A stretch of DNA of 64,000 nucleotides from Marsupella aquatica (taxonomy: Eukaryota; Plantae; Marchantiophyta), in the NCBI GenBank assembly GCA_973895155.1, contig OZ316892.1:24313971-24377970 (forward strand), read 5' to 3'. The stretch's first letter is position 1. Each line of letters starts with the position of its first letter. The notes under the pieces were generated by a model. The model was not told the origin of the DNA. It did not search any database and saw only the letters and a program-made list of their open reading frames with translations. Both the position numbers and the translations under genes were made by a program. Below are positions 39,291 through 52,438 of this stretch, one piece after another.

Positions 39291-39889
39291 CCTCTCCCCA
39301 CCGGAACTCTAGACCTAAGAGTAAATGCCTAACAGGTTGGCAATGTTTGCTATAGCACTGTTACGAGATTGACAAGGAGCCCACGCATGATGCTACTACC
39401 AGCACCAACTGGTGAGCCCGCTGGTGAGCACTATCATCAAGGTGTCTTCTTGGTCTTAGGTGTATTGCCATGGGTCCTCATTACGTCCTTCAATTAAGCA
39501 TGTTCTTTCTTTCCCTCTCCACCTTTATTTGATGGATTCTCTTCCACTTTGGGCCTGCTCCCCCTTCTTAGCTGCACCTCATTCCTTTCGGGGAAGGTTT
39601 TTTTTTTTTTTTGGTTGGGGGGGGGGGGGGGGTTTGAGAGATAAAGGGAAAGGAAGGCTGAGCAGAAGGGCCCCATAGGCAAGTGGCCAGATGGCTTGGG
39701 TTACTTTAAGGGAATTGACTTGTACTTTTTGAGGACCTCATGCAATTTATTTGTGCCTTTCCACCACAAGAAGAAAAACGAGCCATAATCTATACAAAAA
39801 GGAACAAAAGAAGTACAACGAAGGGAAAGAAACAGAGGTCCAAAGAGTACAAACGCCACACACTAAAAAGGGGCAAATGCAACCCCAAA

Positions 39890-39892
<3 letters not shown>

Positions 39893-39940
<48 letters not shown>
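39893..39940. repeat. (AG)n microsatellite
   Basis: Perfect AG dinucleotide run of about 24 units. Confidence 0.97.
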
Positions 39941-39943
<3 letters not shown>

Positions 39944-42367
39944 CTGTTCCCTTTCCGAAGAAAGGAAAAAAGGGGAAAATAGGAATGTCTACTTGTGACC
40001 AACACCACATACTGGCATTCAGATTCCAAGTAAATTGATTTGAACTTTTTAGGTTTTTCTTGTGGTATTTATTTGCTTCACTTTCCCAATGCACGAGAGA
40101 ATGGCAACAGTTCCCGTTGCTCTTCTCTGTTTCCGCCAGCGTATTTTTGGGGGTTTTACTTTTTTGCCACAATGGCGAATGTCCAGTGTGTGAAGGAAAA
40201 GATGCTCAAAATTTTTCATATGTGATTATTGTTTGACCATCACATCTCCCTAGATTTAAGGATGACAGATTCTGGCTAATGGGGCCTGTCTTGGGTGGGG
40301 CACTGGCTAATGAGACTGGAAAATACTTGCAAATTTTAGCCAAAAGTGATGAAAGCTTTTTGGAGAAGTGGAATTTTGGCAAACTTTTGCCACTAAAAAA
40401 ACGCTGGTTCCAGCTTCCATTTTCCACTAAGAAAAAGTGGAAAAGGGAAAGATATAGAATGTTTCTACACGTATGTGACAAACACCATATTGCATGGAAA
40501 GTTGCAATAAGATTCAGATAGAGAGATGGCCCGATGGCCCGCCTGAACTGAGCAGGCTAAGCCCATTGACATCACTGCACTTTAATTAAGGGCCCTGAAA
40601 GAAATAATTCTTTAAACAATGTTTAATAACTCTAATCCTTCCTACTGTAAATTGAGCCTGCTGCTCAAGCGTGAGACACGAGAGCCCAACCTGTGGAAGC
40701 AATTACTTTCATTTTCCACATTCTATGATTTTCTTGTCAGTTGGAAGGAGATATGTGTTCCAAGACAGAGAAAACCTAATTTTGACCTGGATTCTAAACT
40801 CACTGAAACATATAGATTTTGCATCTAGCCAAGACACCAAAAGGGAGTGGCTACTGTATGCTACTGCAAATGCCTGGTCTGAACTTGGAAAGTCATCACT
40901 ATCAGCTTGACAAATAGGCTTAATTAAGGATGGGTCTATTCAAATGTTTGTTTGCATGCCTATGGCTCTAGTGCTCTTTCCCTTACAAGTAAACTGTTTG
41001 TCCCGACGAGCCTTGGTGGGAACAGACCCAAGAGTGTTATTTGATGTAAAAGTATACAGAATAACAATCCAAAGGAGCAAACACATATAAGAGCACTTGA
41101 CCCAACATCACATAGTCACACGTAGATGTTGTACAGAGTACCCAACCACGCATGGCTTCTCCCAAAAAGAATGACTTGTTGAGCCTGGCCTGTTAGTTGA
41201 GCAATTTATGAGTACTATTGAACAATAATTTTGCAACACTTTCTTGGGCAACACTGCGGTCTGAGTAAGGACTGAGTTGGGCTCGTTTGGTCATAAACGT
41301 GATTGTAAGACATTTCTGTTGTCGTTGCTTTGCAAAATCTGTCCGCAAACATTTACAGTATCTACCATACAGAGTATATAATATAATTAAATATTTTCAC
41401 AGTCATTAAATATTAAAGATAGATATGTAAAGGAATGTATAATTAGTAATTTGTAAATACTTGTCTAATTACTTGTTGAGTTTCGATGCAACCTGTATTT
41501 TTATACAGTAAACAATAATGCGAATCAAAATTTCAATGGTTCAATTTTAAGCTCAAATTCAGCACTGGACCATCATTGAGAATCAATAAAAGCTATTCGC
41601 TGCACATTACTAAAATGGTCGGTGACAAGAGAGAGGGTGGGGCCAGGCGCTTGCCCAAAAATAATAATTTGCCACGCACTCATCCTTGAACACAATTTCT
41701 GACCAAACAAAAAGCACTTCTGCGCATCGGTCTTTTCATTTTAATTGATAATTATTTACGACATTGAAGAAACTTTTCTCCAGGCATTACGAATCTACCA
41801 GACTTTTATGTTTTCACATCAAAAGTTAGATTGCATTGGGATTGTGAGGAATGCGCACAAAGAGCCATTTTTCAGACTTCAGCATTTTTTTTGTTTTCGT
41901 TATTTTACTTCCAAACCTTTTATCCAATACACTACAATGAGAATCATCATGTTTCATCAAACCTCCATAGATAGAACACAAAATTCATTTCCTAAACAAA
42001 ATACCGAATTAATCAGTGGTCCCCTTTTTTGCTTTGCTTAGGGTGTTTTCATCAGCTTAGTTGAAGTTAGTAAATAAATTAATACATCCAAGGAAGGGTT
42101 TGTAACTGCCATGGGTGTGTTTTTCATGACGTGACTGTCTGCTTGATCACGGTTTGGTCAAATTGCTCTCCACAGACGAACGGAAATGGAACATTTAGAA
42201 ATTGCTATGACGGGGGCAAAGCTTGAGGCAAGAAAGAACTAGTGCTTTTTTTTGGTCCATCCTGCAAACGCTTCAAATCATGCTTTTCGGGATTCTTGTC
42301 ATCAAATAATGATTAGAGCGAGCACCACAAACAGGGAAGTTGAACGTGGCCCTGTACATGATGATCA

Positions 42368-42710
42368 TCAACGCCAGTTGCCCAAAAATCTCCAGAAATT
42401 GGAGGTACTATGTTCTCTGCATGTGCTGTCAAGCAAATCTTATATCTGACCAGTTTCTCCTAGCCTGCTGATCTTCAACGCCAGTTGCCCAGAAATCTCT
42501 ACAAATTGGAGCTACTATGTTCTCTAGCATGTGCTGTCAAGCAGATCTGGGAATCTGACCAGTTTCTCCTAGCCTGCTGATCTTCAACGCCAGTTGCCCA
42601 GAGATTTCTACAGATTGGAGCTATGTTACCTGGCAGATGCTGTCAAGCAAATCACAGAATTTGACCAGGTTTCCTAGCCAATTCAAGGAAGCACTTCCTT
42701 CACTTAGGGA
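42368..42710 (+). repeat. ~108-bp tandem repeat x3, possibly a decayed LRR-coding segment
   Basis: caacgccagttgccc at 42369, 42476 and 42585; the third unit reads NLTRFPSQFKEALPSLRE (LRR-like). Confidence 0.7.
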
Positions 42711-43574
42711 AGAGGCATGAGCTCTTGACCGATTTAGAGTCCATAAATAGATCATGAAGACCATCCACTTCTGCCAAAGATTTAGGTAGCCTCTCCACAT
42801 GGACTCACAAAGAGAGAAGGAGGAGGACATGGTACCAGAGCATCACAGCCAGCAGTATCAGTATTCTCTGCACATGCAGACCTTCACAGTCAAGTATCAC
42901 AGCCAGCAACCTGACCTTTCTTCTCCTCGAAACCAGCAATTCTCATGAGCCTCGATGAGTTCAAAACTGGCCATTTCTTCACGCACTCCTGAAGCTGTAT
43001 CTTGGACATTTGACTATGTGCAAAGAAGAAGCATAAGTGAATTCCCCGATTCACACTTCTGATGAGCATCTACAGTCTTATACCAAAACAATAACTATAC
43101 CTTATATTGTGATCCATGGATAGTGATGATCCATTGATTGATTTGCCAGATGCAACTTCCGCATGTTAATGTCAACTATAATCTAAGGTTTTATTGTGTC
43201 CCTTTCAAATTTCAAATTGGGAGTGAACCAATTCTCAAATACTGCTTGTGTTTTTGGAAGATCTCCATTGAGATTCAATATATAGTAGTGTTATATAATC
43301 CTAGAGTTTCAAGATTCCAGCGAGAAGAATCTTCTGAGAAGAATCTTCTCAATCGTGTGCTACAAGCTACAATTCTGCCGTGACAGCTCTTGCCTTCGGC
43401 CCAGCAAATGGCTGTCAAATAGGGTTACTATTGCCTTGTTTCAAGACTGGGAGAAGAGATGAGAGGCTTGGGCAGAGCTTTCCTGAAGAAATAGATTGAG
43501 AGAAGCTTAGCAATGAAGACTAGAGAAAATATTGACTGATCCAGAGGAGGGATTAGGGACCAGGAAATGATTAC

Positions 43575-44057
43575 GGACCCCCATGGGAAGTTCTTTCCAA
43601 CTTTTTTGGAAGCATGTATAGCCACATCAGCATGATTTAGCACAAACAATAACTTTTAGCTAGATGCAAGAAGAACCAAATTTGGACTATTTGGGTTTGA
43701 GGCAAGGCAAAGAAAAATAGGTAGACCATGTAACTGTAAAAACAATGGAAAACTAAAAAGCAACCTTTCAAGTAAATAAAGAAAAGTGTAAAATAGGGGT
43801 GAACAAAAATCATTTCTGGAGAGTGATTGATATATCAATGTTTTCTGGTAATCTGTTTCAATTTTCTATTTAATTTACAAATTCTGAAATAATGACAAGT
43901 AGAAAGAAACTTCAACAACTCTAACATTTACCAAGGTAACATAAAAAACCTAATAAAATTTCCAGCTTCTCTAACATTTACCAAGATAACTTAATAAACC
44001 CTTTAAGTGGCTACCATGGATAGTTAATTAACAAGCTACCAAAGGTAAGAAACACCT
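43575..44057. repeat. Dispersed repeat, copy 2 (homologous to 15455-15946)
   Basis: Colinear similarity over ~480 bp. Confidence 0.85.
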
Positions 44058-46732
44058 TAACTACTATGGACAAAGTAATATTTTGCATGAACTATATGGA
44101 ATGTTACATGCATTGTATAGACATAGAGGTACTAAGGAAAACATTTTGCATCAGATAATGTAAGTCTCCTATTTGTCTTGAATGAAATTGTCCTAATTAC
44201 CTTTAAAATTCACTTCAATTTGAATCCTCCCTTTACTCTTTGTCCTCTCATCTATCTATTTGAATATGCAACTCTTCATGGCTCCAAATAGTTCAATAAA
44301 ACAAGCTCACATAACCAAGGGGTCCTCAAACTAATTTTGAAGATTCCATCCAATTGCATGAATAAACAACAAAAGCATGAGTGCATGAAATCCACAGTAA
44401 GCCTTCAATAGTAATCCAATCACGCTCTATAGACACTCCTGGTACGTGATTCCCTTGATTTCAAGACTCCTACAATTTTGCTACAAAACCACTCGTCAAC
44501 ACAATCCTTGTTGGTGCGCCAATCCTTATCCCATTGCTCCATAGGACTTGCTCAAGTGGGGATGTCAATTTTCCTTGGCTTCTTCAGGTTTGGTAAGTGG
44601 GGATGTGCACTGATTACTTGCATTTGCCTTGGCTTAGTCAGGTTTGCTAACCATTTCAACTAATTGTGACAGCTAAATTATGTGCATCTGCCTTGGGTTT
44701 TTCAGATTTGGTAACCATTTCAAGACGGTGTGACTGCCAATAAACTGTGGGTGGTTGTTTATTGTCAAACACCACCTTGTCCTTTTTTCTTATGTTATTA
44801 TTACTTTTTTTAATGATTTGTTTTATGTTTTATAAATAAAAAAGATAAATAAAATGGTTACATGGGGTGGTTTACCTTGGTTTTTTGTCTCGCATTTTTT
44901 TGTATCTTATCTTTTGACATTTTGTTTTATGGCATGGCGTCCCAATTTTATGCAAAAGTTGCTGCAAACAAGAAGGCGGGAAAATTTTTGATTCCCAACA
45001 AAGAGTAGTGTTTGTTGCGTATTATGATGACATGGCACTCTGTTGTGCCTGGAATTTTGGAAAGGACCTCTCATTGCGGTCCATAAATAACAAGAACTCC
45101 ATATGGGTTTTGGACTGTCCAGAAACTTTGAAACACAATATGTACTCTCTAAAAAGTGAAATTTTTACTTTTAAAAAAATCAAAAATTTTAAGGGTAAAT
45201 CTGTGAAACCCCCATAGAAAGGGAGCAGTTAGTCACAACATTTGAACCTAAGACCTATGAGTCAATACTCAAGTGCACTACCGCACAATCATGCCTCTCT
45301 AGGTATGAAAATTTTACTTTATGGTTGTGTAAAACTTGCTTTGTAGTTTGTCATGGATCTCTCATCGTAACCTGAAAGTCAATTCACATCATCCAAGTAA
45401 TCGTCAAACCTCCAATAATATCTAACCTTGGCCTAAAGAAATGAAGCTAAAAATTAAACTGTACTATGGCAAATGAGGTTTAATCAAATTATTTTCAAAA
45501 TGTGAAGAAATGTTATAGAGTTGTATCTTTGAAAATAGTGGATATTTTAATTATATCAAGATGCAATAACATCTTGAGTAGTTGTGCCCTTTATGAACAA
45601 GTTCCCAATTTCTTTCATTTTATCATTGGTAGAAAGTCCACTGACTCTCAAAACTACATTATTTAGCCATGTCCTCACTAACAATCAACTGTGTCCCATG
45701 CTCCATCAAAGATCCTAATGGTGTCAATACAAATCCTAACTTGGTGTGATCACTTTCCCGTCAATACATTGCCTAACTTGGGGTCATAAAATCATAAAAC
45801 GGAGACGAGGATGCTAAGGCCAGACAGTGGAGATGGGAAGACACACAACGGACACAACTACATTAACACGACTGTTTACGTGTTACATGAAGACGTAGCC
45901 CGACATCTCCTCGTTGCTAAAGAAAGGCGACACACTCAACGTAAATCAGGGCACGTTTTGTACAAAGTAACAAAAGTTACAGTTTACATCGTCCAAAATG
46001 TCATTACATACATCAGTACATACTACGTTACATATTAACGTCGTAAATAAAGACGTTATTTTGGACGCAGATTGAACAGGCAAATCAGCAGATAACATCG
46101 TTTAAAACGACGTTAATGTCAGATTACGTAGTTTGTGACTTTGTTAATGATGAGTCTATCCAGGACATATGAGTAGTAAGTCGTGTGAGGCTTGGTAAAA
46201 ATGGTGTTAACGAGAACGTTTGAAAATAGTACCAAGAATGGAGAGACGTGAATGGAGTGCCGTTTGTGGTAAACATTAATCTTGTATGGAACATCCTTCC
46301 AGGCTACCTTAGTTGGGTGGGCTTTAGGTTTAGGTTCATATACACACGGAATACACATAAAATAGACATATGAAGTTCAGAATGCCACTATAAATGGGTG
46401 GCGTCAAATTTGTTTGCCAAAAATGTACAAAATGCAGGTGGACGTCCACCTAGTCATGCATGGTATACCCTAATGCCGCTGAGAGCGGCTCCTATCACGT
46501 CCAGACCTGTGAACAGAAATATGTGGCGGTGCCTCCAACTGTTTGCCACGGGGCCGCAACTCGTACCGAAGTGGATCCTCGTCTGAACTACTGCTACCAG
46601 ACACCAACTCCGCAGCTCCCTTGCCTCTACTCCTGGGGACTACATCTCTAGTGCCACTGTGTCCCCTAGTGGTATCCCTCTCGACACGGCTCCTCTTCCT
46701 CTCTCTATGTCTCTCCCTCCCTCCCCCTCTCT

Positions 46733-46766
<34 letters not shown>

Positions 46767-46979
46767 CGTCGTCTATGGCTGGTATGACCCCTATCAGTCT
46801 CCACTGGAGGGGAGAGGTCAGAAGATGACCGGCCCTGTGTACCTAAACTGCCCTCCTGCCCACAGTCTACTAAGGCCTCCTCCTGTGTATCAGGCTCCTC
46901 CCCTCCATGATCTGCCTCCTCATCTTCCGCAATGGGCCGTGCCACTAACCCCTCTGGAGGACTCCAATCCTCCTGCACA

Positions 46980-48624
46980 TGACATAAGGGATCAGTTTAC
47001 CTCCTGCAAATAGTGGATGCAAAACCTAGTATAGAAGGAACCTAACCTGACTATGTAACTTACCACTGGGTGGTCCTCCGGGACAGAGTCTAGCTTAGCC
47101 CATAGGGCCACGGGGCCATAGCGTTTTGAATAGAGCCGCTCCTGCTTACTTGGCTTGGCATTGGCTCCAAACTTGCATTTCTGCAGGAAATTGGAGAACG
47201 TCATCACCACCGTTGTTAATTACAATGTACCTAACAACGTTTCCTAATTAACGTTGTCCAAGACGTTGTTTATAGTGGAACCGCCATATTAACGATGCAC
47301 AAACGACGTTAGTTAAATGTAACATCGTGAGAGACGATGTAAGGTAGGGTGAACGTAGGGTGGGTAGACGTAAAATTGAGAACGTGCGACGTTAGAGGAG
47401 AAAAACGATGTTAATTCAATGTTCTCACCACAGCGGCCGAAGCATGAACAAGCTGTGCTTTGAAGAGGGTGGGGGACTTACATAGGTTGCAAGGAAGCCT
47501 CGCCATCCTCCCTGGCCCCAAAAATTGGTCACACGCAGGCGGCCATTTGATTTGTGGGCTGCAGCAGCTTTGTCACCCATGTGCACTCGCTTGCCTACTG
47601 GGGTGTCAGGTGCTGTTTCCAACTCAGTCACGATCAACTTGAAGTCGGCGTCGCTCATTCTTCCTTCTGGTTTTAGGTATTGCTCTGTCCTTGGGCATCT
47701 CATTTTTTGAACCTTGTTTCTCCATCTAAACCTTTGATCTGCAAGGTAGCCTACGATCTTCTGTCTGATGTGCCTGTAGTCTATTTTATGGCCGTTCCTA
47801 AACCCAGCTTGCACATCGTTCAGGAGGAGCTGAAACTTCTTTGGGTTCTGCGCGAGATCCTTCCAAGTTGTCCAACCAGGACAGTGCTTGGCACAACACG
47901 TCTGCACTCGATTTGTGATGGCCTTCTCATCCAGAACATCCGGCCTAGCATCAAACGCATCCAAGGTGATGATTGGGAGTTTGTCTCGACTCACAACAGT
48001 AGTTACAGGTCGCACAGGAGAAGGTTGTTGCTTTTTGTGGGAGTGACGTTCACGCTGAGGTGAGTACCTCTCTCTTCTGTCTGCCCTTGCATCTCCCTTT
48101 GTTCTTCTTCTTTTGTATGTACCTCTACTATGTGGATCTGCATCTCTATACTCCTTCCCTTTCCCCTTCCGTCTTCGCTCATCAAGGCTGCTATTGCTGT
48201 TGTGTGTTCTATCACAATGCCTCCTCCGCCTGCGAGAGTCCCGATCCTGATCAGGCTGGAATCTATCATGTGCTACCCTGACCATGCTCTTGATTGGGGA
48301 TCCACTAGGTGCCTGAGAATCAGGCTGCATTCCATTGAAGGCAGGATCGTCCCACCCATCATCTAGTAGGGACGGGAAGGAGTTGAGAGCATCGATCGAA
48401 GGCCCCCCATGCTCCCCCAAGAGCGTTGCATTCTCAGTTTCCACATAATCATTGAGGGTAGGAGCATTGGCCTCTATATTTTCCAGGTACTCCAGAAACT
48501 GAGACTCCTTGCTTCCTTTTCCTCCCAAGAACTTCCAACTATGGTTGAAAGCATGTATCAGCAAATGTGTCGATTGCATAGCTTTATGCACCTTTTCTAA
48601 CTCCCCTGGATCATCCATAGCCAC
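46980..48624 (-). CDS. TnpA-like (Ptta/En/Spm-type) protein, spliced
   Basis: 399-aa ORF ending ...WKDL...YLADQRFRWR...KPEGRMSDADFKLIV...NFWGQGGWRGF. Phase-0 GT-AG intron 47181-47481 joins to the exon KCKFGANAKPSKQERLYSKRYG. Confidence 0.65.
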
Positions 48625-49055
48625 CAGTCTGCATCAAAATCTCCAGTGGAAGGGAGATAGCTTGGATGAGCCATAGTCATTCACTGTTAAGATAGGAGGT
48701 CGAGAGGGGGAGAGGGGAAGTGTTGAATGTGAGTCACATTCGAGTCACTTCCCGATGTTTTGTTAAAGGAAAACAGCCGCAGCCCATGAACCTTGGAGCC
48801 CCGCCGTTACCCTTACTTAATGTCGCTAAGCACAACGTTAACCAGGGGTGTAGGGTTTAGCCGTGATGTTACACATAATTACGTCATACCGAACAATGTT
48901 AACTTATTAAGTATGTCATACATAACTACGTAAACTAAATTCGGCTTGTTCCCCGCAACCTAAACAACGACGTTAATTTGAGAAGAATGTCGTGTGGATG
49001 GACGTTAGTTTGGTTAACGTAGCGGGATACGTTTATGCTTGGGGTTTAATATGTT

Positions 49056-49610
49056 GTGGGGGCCTTTGTAAATTTGATCACATGGGACATGGCAACCTAT
49101 GCATCGGACCATGATGGGGGCAGGCATCGTCGGCACAGATACCATCATCATCATAGGGGGACGTATGATGAGTCGGATAGGCAAAGGGATGACTCGTGTG
49201 ATGATGACGATGAGCATGGCGGTAGTTCTCACCGACATAGACACCATCATCGGCATAGGGGGAGTTCAGCTTCATCGGGCTATAGGAGCGATGACGAGCG
49301 GCGGAGGAGGAGGGATGACGAGGGAGGGAGGAGGAGGGATGACTCATCCTATGAGGACCATGGTGGGGGTACTTACACCCGATGCAGAGATGACCATCAT
49401 CATAGGGGGAGAGACGACCTCTCGGACCGGGACAGAGATTACTCACTAGACATGTATGATCGATCTAGGCGTCACCGATCCAGGCGTCATCGATGCAGAC
49501 ATTGTTCCGAGGGCAGGAGAGGCCGGAGCCCCCATCGTGCTGATGGATTTGGAGAGGCCATGGCTGCTCTTCAGGGGATTGGGCCAATTCGCAAGATGCC
49601 TTGCCCTTGA
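49056..49610 (+). CDS. Arg/Asp/His-rich low-complexity ORF, possibly the first exon of the SET gene
   Basis: 184-aa ORF of RRHRYHHH/DDE repeats just upstream of the SET exon on the same strand. Confidence 0.4.
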   Translation: MGAFVNLITWDMATYASDHDGGRHRRHRYHHHHRGTYDESDRQRDDSCDDDDEHGGSSHRHRHHHRHRGSSASSGYRSDDERRRRRDDEGGRRRDDSSYEDHGGGTYTRCRDDHHHRGRDDLSDRDRDYSLDMYDRSRRHRSRRHRCRHCSEGRRGRSPHRADGFGEAMAALQGIGPIRKMPCP

Positions 49611-49803
49611 AGACGATGCAAGGATGTTGTCTTATACGAGAGGACCACTGTCCTTAGCCATTTAGGGATCCATGGTCGTTACAGCCCCCCGACCCGAGAG
49701 GTAATACAATTTTGTTGGGTATTGCAATTATGATAACATCTCCTTCCTTGAATTATTTTTTTATTGTCATATTCTGAACTTGTTTTGGTGAACATGTGGA
49801 ACA

Positions 49804-50630
49804 GATTCCTGTTGTAGTGCGATCTTTGCCTATGGACCGCTTGAGAGACATTGCATATCGTGCACTCGCACCACTCGTCCATCCATCCGATTTGCCAGCC
49901 ACATCGAGGGAGATAGACCGTGTATTTTGTAGGAGGAGGAGAGTGTTTAGGATGCACCCTATTGAGAGGGGAGTAGTGGTGACCACTAGACCCGATCGAT
50001 TGAGTCCCGTCCACCTAGGATTGTTCCGCCCCGATGCCCTTTTCTTGATGCATCAGTGTCCCGGGCACCGAGATAGTTGCGAGGGAGAGCCTTGGACATC
50101 TTAAAGGACTCCTTCCCAGCCCAGTTTGGACTCCCTATGGACCTCCCGCTTCGGGAGCCTATTATAGTTTGGGACCGCCCATGGGTCATCCTCCCCTCCA
50201 CATTGGGGACTCATGTAGGAGTTGGAGTATTTGCTCTGACTTGTGGATATCGATCGTGGTCCCTACCGGTTGTGCACTCGATGATTTGCCTCAGTTGTTT
50301 CCATTCTATGGGCCCAAGTATTCGGCGGCGAGATGGCGCATCTTGTCCCGATAGTGCTCAACCTTTAGTCGATATGGCATGTCACTAAAGTTGGACCCTA
50401 GGTATGCTCAGATTGATGGTTACCCACCTCGCACGAGGAACTTGGCGGGTTACATCAACAACACTATTGGTTCTCGGCGTTTAGGGTTTAGGCCAAATGC
50501 TGAGTGGCACGAGTTCCATGACCAGAGTCACCCTCGTTTGCCTGTAGCATGCACGCATTACATCTTGACACATGCTACCCGCACCATTAGAGCAGGGGAA
50601 GAGATTCTTGTAGATTATGATTGGCATTGA
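49804..50630 (+). pseudogene. SET-domain (lysine methyltransferase-like) gene captured in the CACTA element, disrupted
   Basis: SET motifs in order: PSTLGTHVGVGVFAL (GxG), PFYGPKY (YxG), LAGYINNT...PNA (RFINHS-like), ATRTIRAGEEILVDY (ELxFDY). Two frameshifts and an in-frame TAG at 50352-50354. Confidence 0.8.
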
Positions 50631-50765
50631 TGTTTACATGTGTACATGACATATTCATTATATGGGGTGACCCTTGCATTTTTCATTACTGATGTTTCAT
50701 TGTAAGCTTTATCACGGAAACCCTTTCTCTAATTGTGATCTGTCATTGCATATTGAAAACTCTAG

Positions 50766-51593
50766 GATGGTGTACATATTACTCCCACACCTCACCCATC
50801 AATGATGACTACATCAGCCCGTGCCTTTCACGTACGTGCCACCTTACATTTCTCAGACGAGGAGGATGCTGAGGGTCAGCCCCTTGACCATGATGAGATG
50901 GACGATGAGGATGAGGAGTACCATGATGCATATGATGGAGAGTTGGATGATGATGGAGAGTTGGATGATGATGTTGACGATGAGGGAGATGAGGGAGATG
51001 ACCCTATCCTTGAAGAAGATGCCTTTGCCCACCTTGTTGACGTTCACTTTGGACCTCATGCACCTGACGCCGAGCACCCTATCATGGAAGTGGATCAAGA
51101 AGATTGGGATCACTTGGAGACTGAAGCCAGAACACCACTATTTGAGGGATCTGCATCCTCACGGTAAGGTTGTCCTAAAATTATCACAACTCTGGAATTT
51201 CATCCAATGAATATTGGGCAGTCTAAGTTGTAGTGCCAGGCATGCCATCTAGCTACTTGGACTAACTGCAAAAAGTCTGGTGTTTGTGGTTTTGCAAATG
51301 CAGGTTGGGTGCAACTTTGTTGATGTTGAATTTTCAAGGAGTTTTCAATGGTTCGGATGTCCATACAGATGCACTCTTCCAATTGTTCCACGACAAACTC
51401 TTGCCCCAACCAAACACTCGATCTCCCTGGATGTGTGAGGGAGGCTAAGAAGTTGTTAGCCTCAATTGGATTGGCTTTAGAGACTATCCACATGTGCCCA
51501 GGTGGGTGCATCTTGTATAGAGGGGTGTACAAGGAGCACTGTAGGCTTCCACGGTATCGACCAGACACCATTGGAGACAAGATTGCAGAAAAG
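50766..51593 (+). pseudogene. CACTA TnpD (Transposase_21 family) N-terminal part
   Basis: Acidic tract then ARTPLFEGSASSR, intron ~51164-51303, LGATLLMLNFQ...DALFQLFHDKLLPQPN, EAKKLLASIGLALETIHMCPGGCILYRG...PRY; ends at donor gtaatg. Confidence 0.85.
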
Positions 51594-51833
51594 GTAATGT
51601 TTTCCTCAACGCAATGTGAGAACAATAAAGTCCGACTTTTAACGTTGCATTATTTCAAACAACGTCGTACATGACGTTGTAATTGATTACTTTATGTTGT
51701 CCATCTCACTTTACGTCTTTCCACCTGACGTTCTTTTGTTTTTACGTCGTATGGGATGCAGTAACGAACGTCGCATGGTACATCGTATGTAAGAAACGTC
51801 TCCCTCCACGATGTTAGTTTTAATAATACGCTC

Positions 51834-51895
51834 GGGGGTCTCACTATATGGAGGACCTCCCCATCACCTGCGATGTTTTCATGCCTAGACCCCCA
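51834..51895 (-). mobile_element. Terminus of a large GGGGTCTCACT-family element (3' end relative to the P-like transposase)
   Basis: GGGGGTCTCACTATATGGAGGACCTCCCCATCACCTGCGATGTTTT matches the MITE right ends; no partner end was seen in the window. Confidence 0.75.
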
Positions 51896-52438
51896 TACTT
51901 ATTAAGTTGAAATTTTTTTGTCCTCCCCCTTTCTTTCTTCTAAGAGTCTAAAATCCAATTTGTATTGCCCCTATGATTTGTGAAGTAAAGTGTCACATAT
52001 CAATAAAAAATGCCTTGAAAGAAAAGATAAGTCTATGCCAGTACCTTGTGAAGTCGTATGTTAGACATGGCACGCCCTGCAAAAGTCTTGCACCTTTTTT
52101 GACCTCAAACTTTGATCATTTCAATGCATCATTTATATTGTGTACCTAAAGGTCATCCCAATATAAACCTTGCGTACATAAGTGGGATGGCCTTTAAGGT
52201 CACAACATGAATAATCCATTCCATCAACAATCAATTTGAAACCAATCACATACTCCATCCATACTCCATTGAAAACTTCTGCTGAGAGATGTAACATGTG
52301 ATGGAGGGGAATTGAACCCCTAATTGAGAAAGGATCTCAAGTTGCCAATCTATCACCCCCTATCCTATCCCACTACACCCACTAATATTAACAAAACAAA
52401 ACATATATACTCTCAAAAACTAAACAATAGCATGACAT

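Larger units (their letters stand above)
45855..51833. mobile_element. En/Spm (CACTA)-like transposon, interrupted on the right by the insertion at 51834
   Basis: TnpA-like and TnpD-like genes plus dense AACGTCGT/ACGACGTT/ACGATGTT motif blocks. A canonical CACTA terminus was not found (caactacattaa at ~45855 is the closest). Confidence 0.75.

Noticed and set aside
39740-40172. ORFs with RERERE/SLSLSL runs
   Set aside because: Artefacts of the (AG)n microsatellite.
51842-51850. CACTA terminus within tctCACTATATGG
   Set aside because: The preceding GGGGGTCT is conserved at both ends of all related MITEs, so CACTA is internal to a different TIR, and its orientation is wrong for the right end of the En/Spm element.
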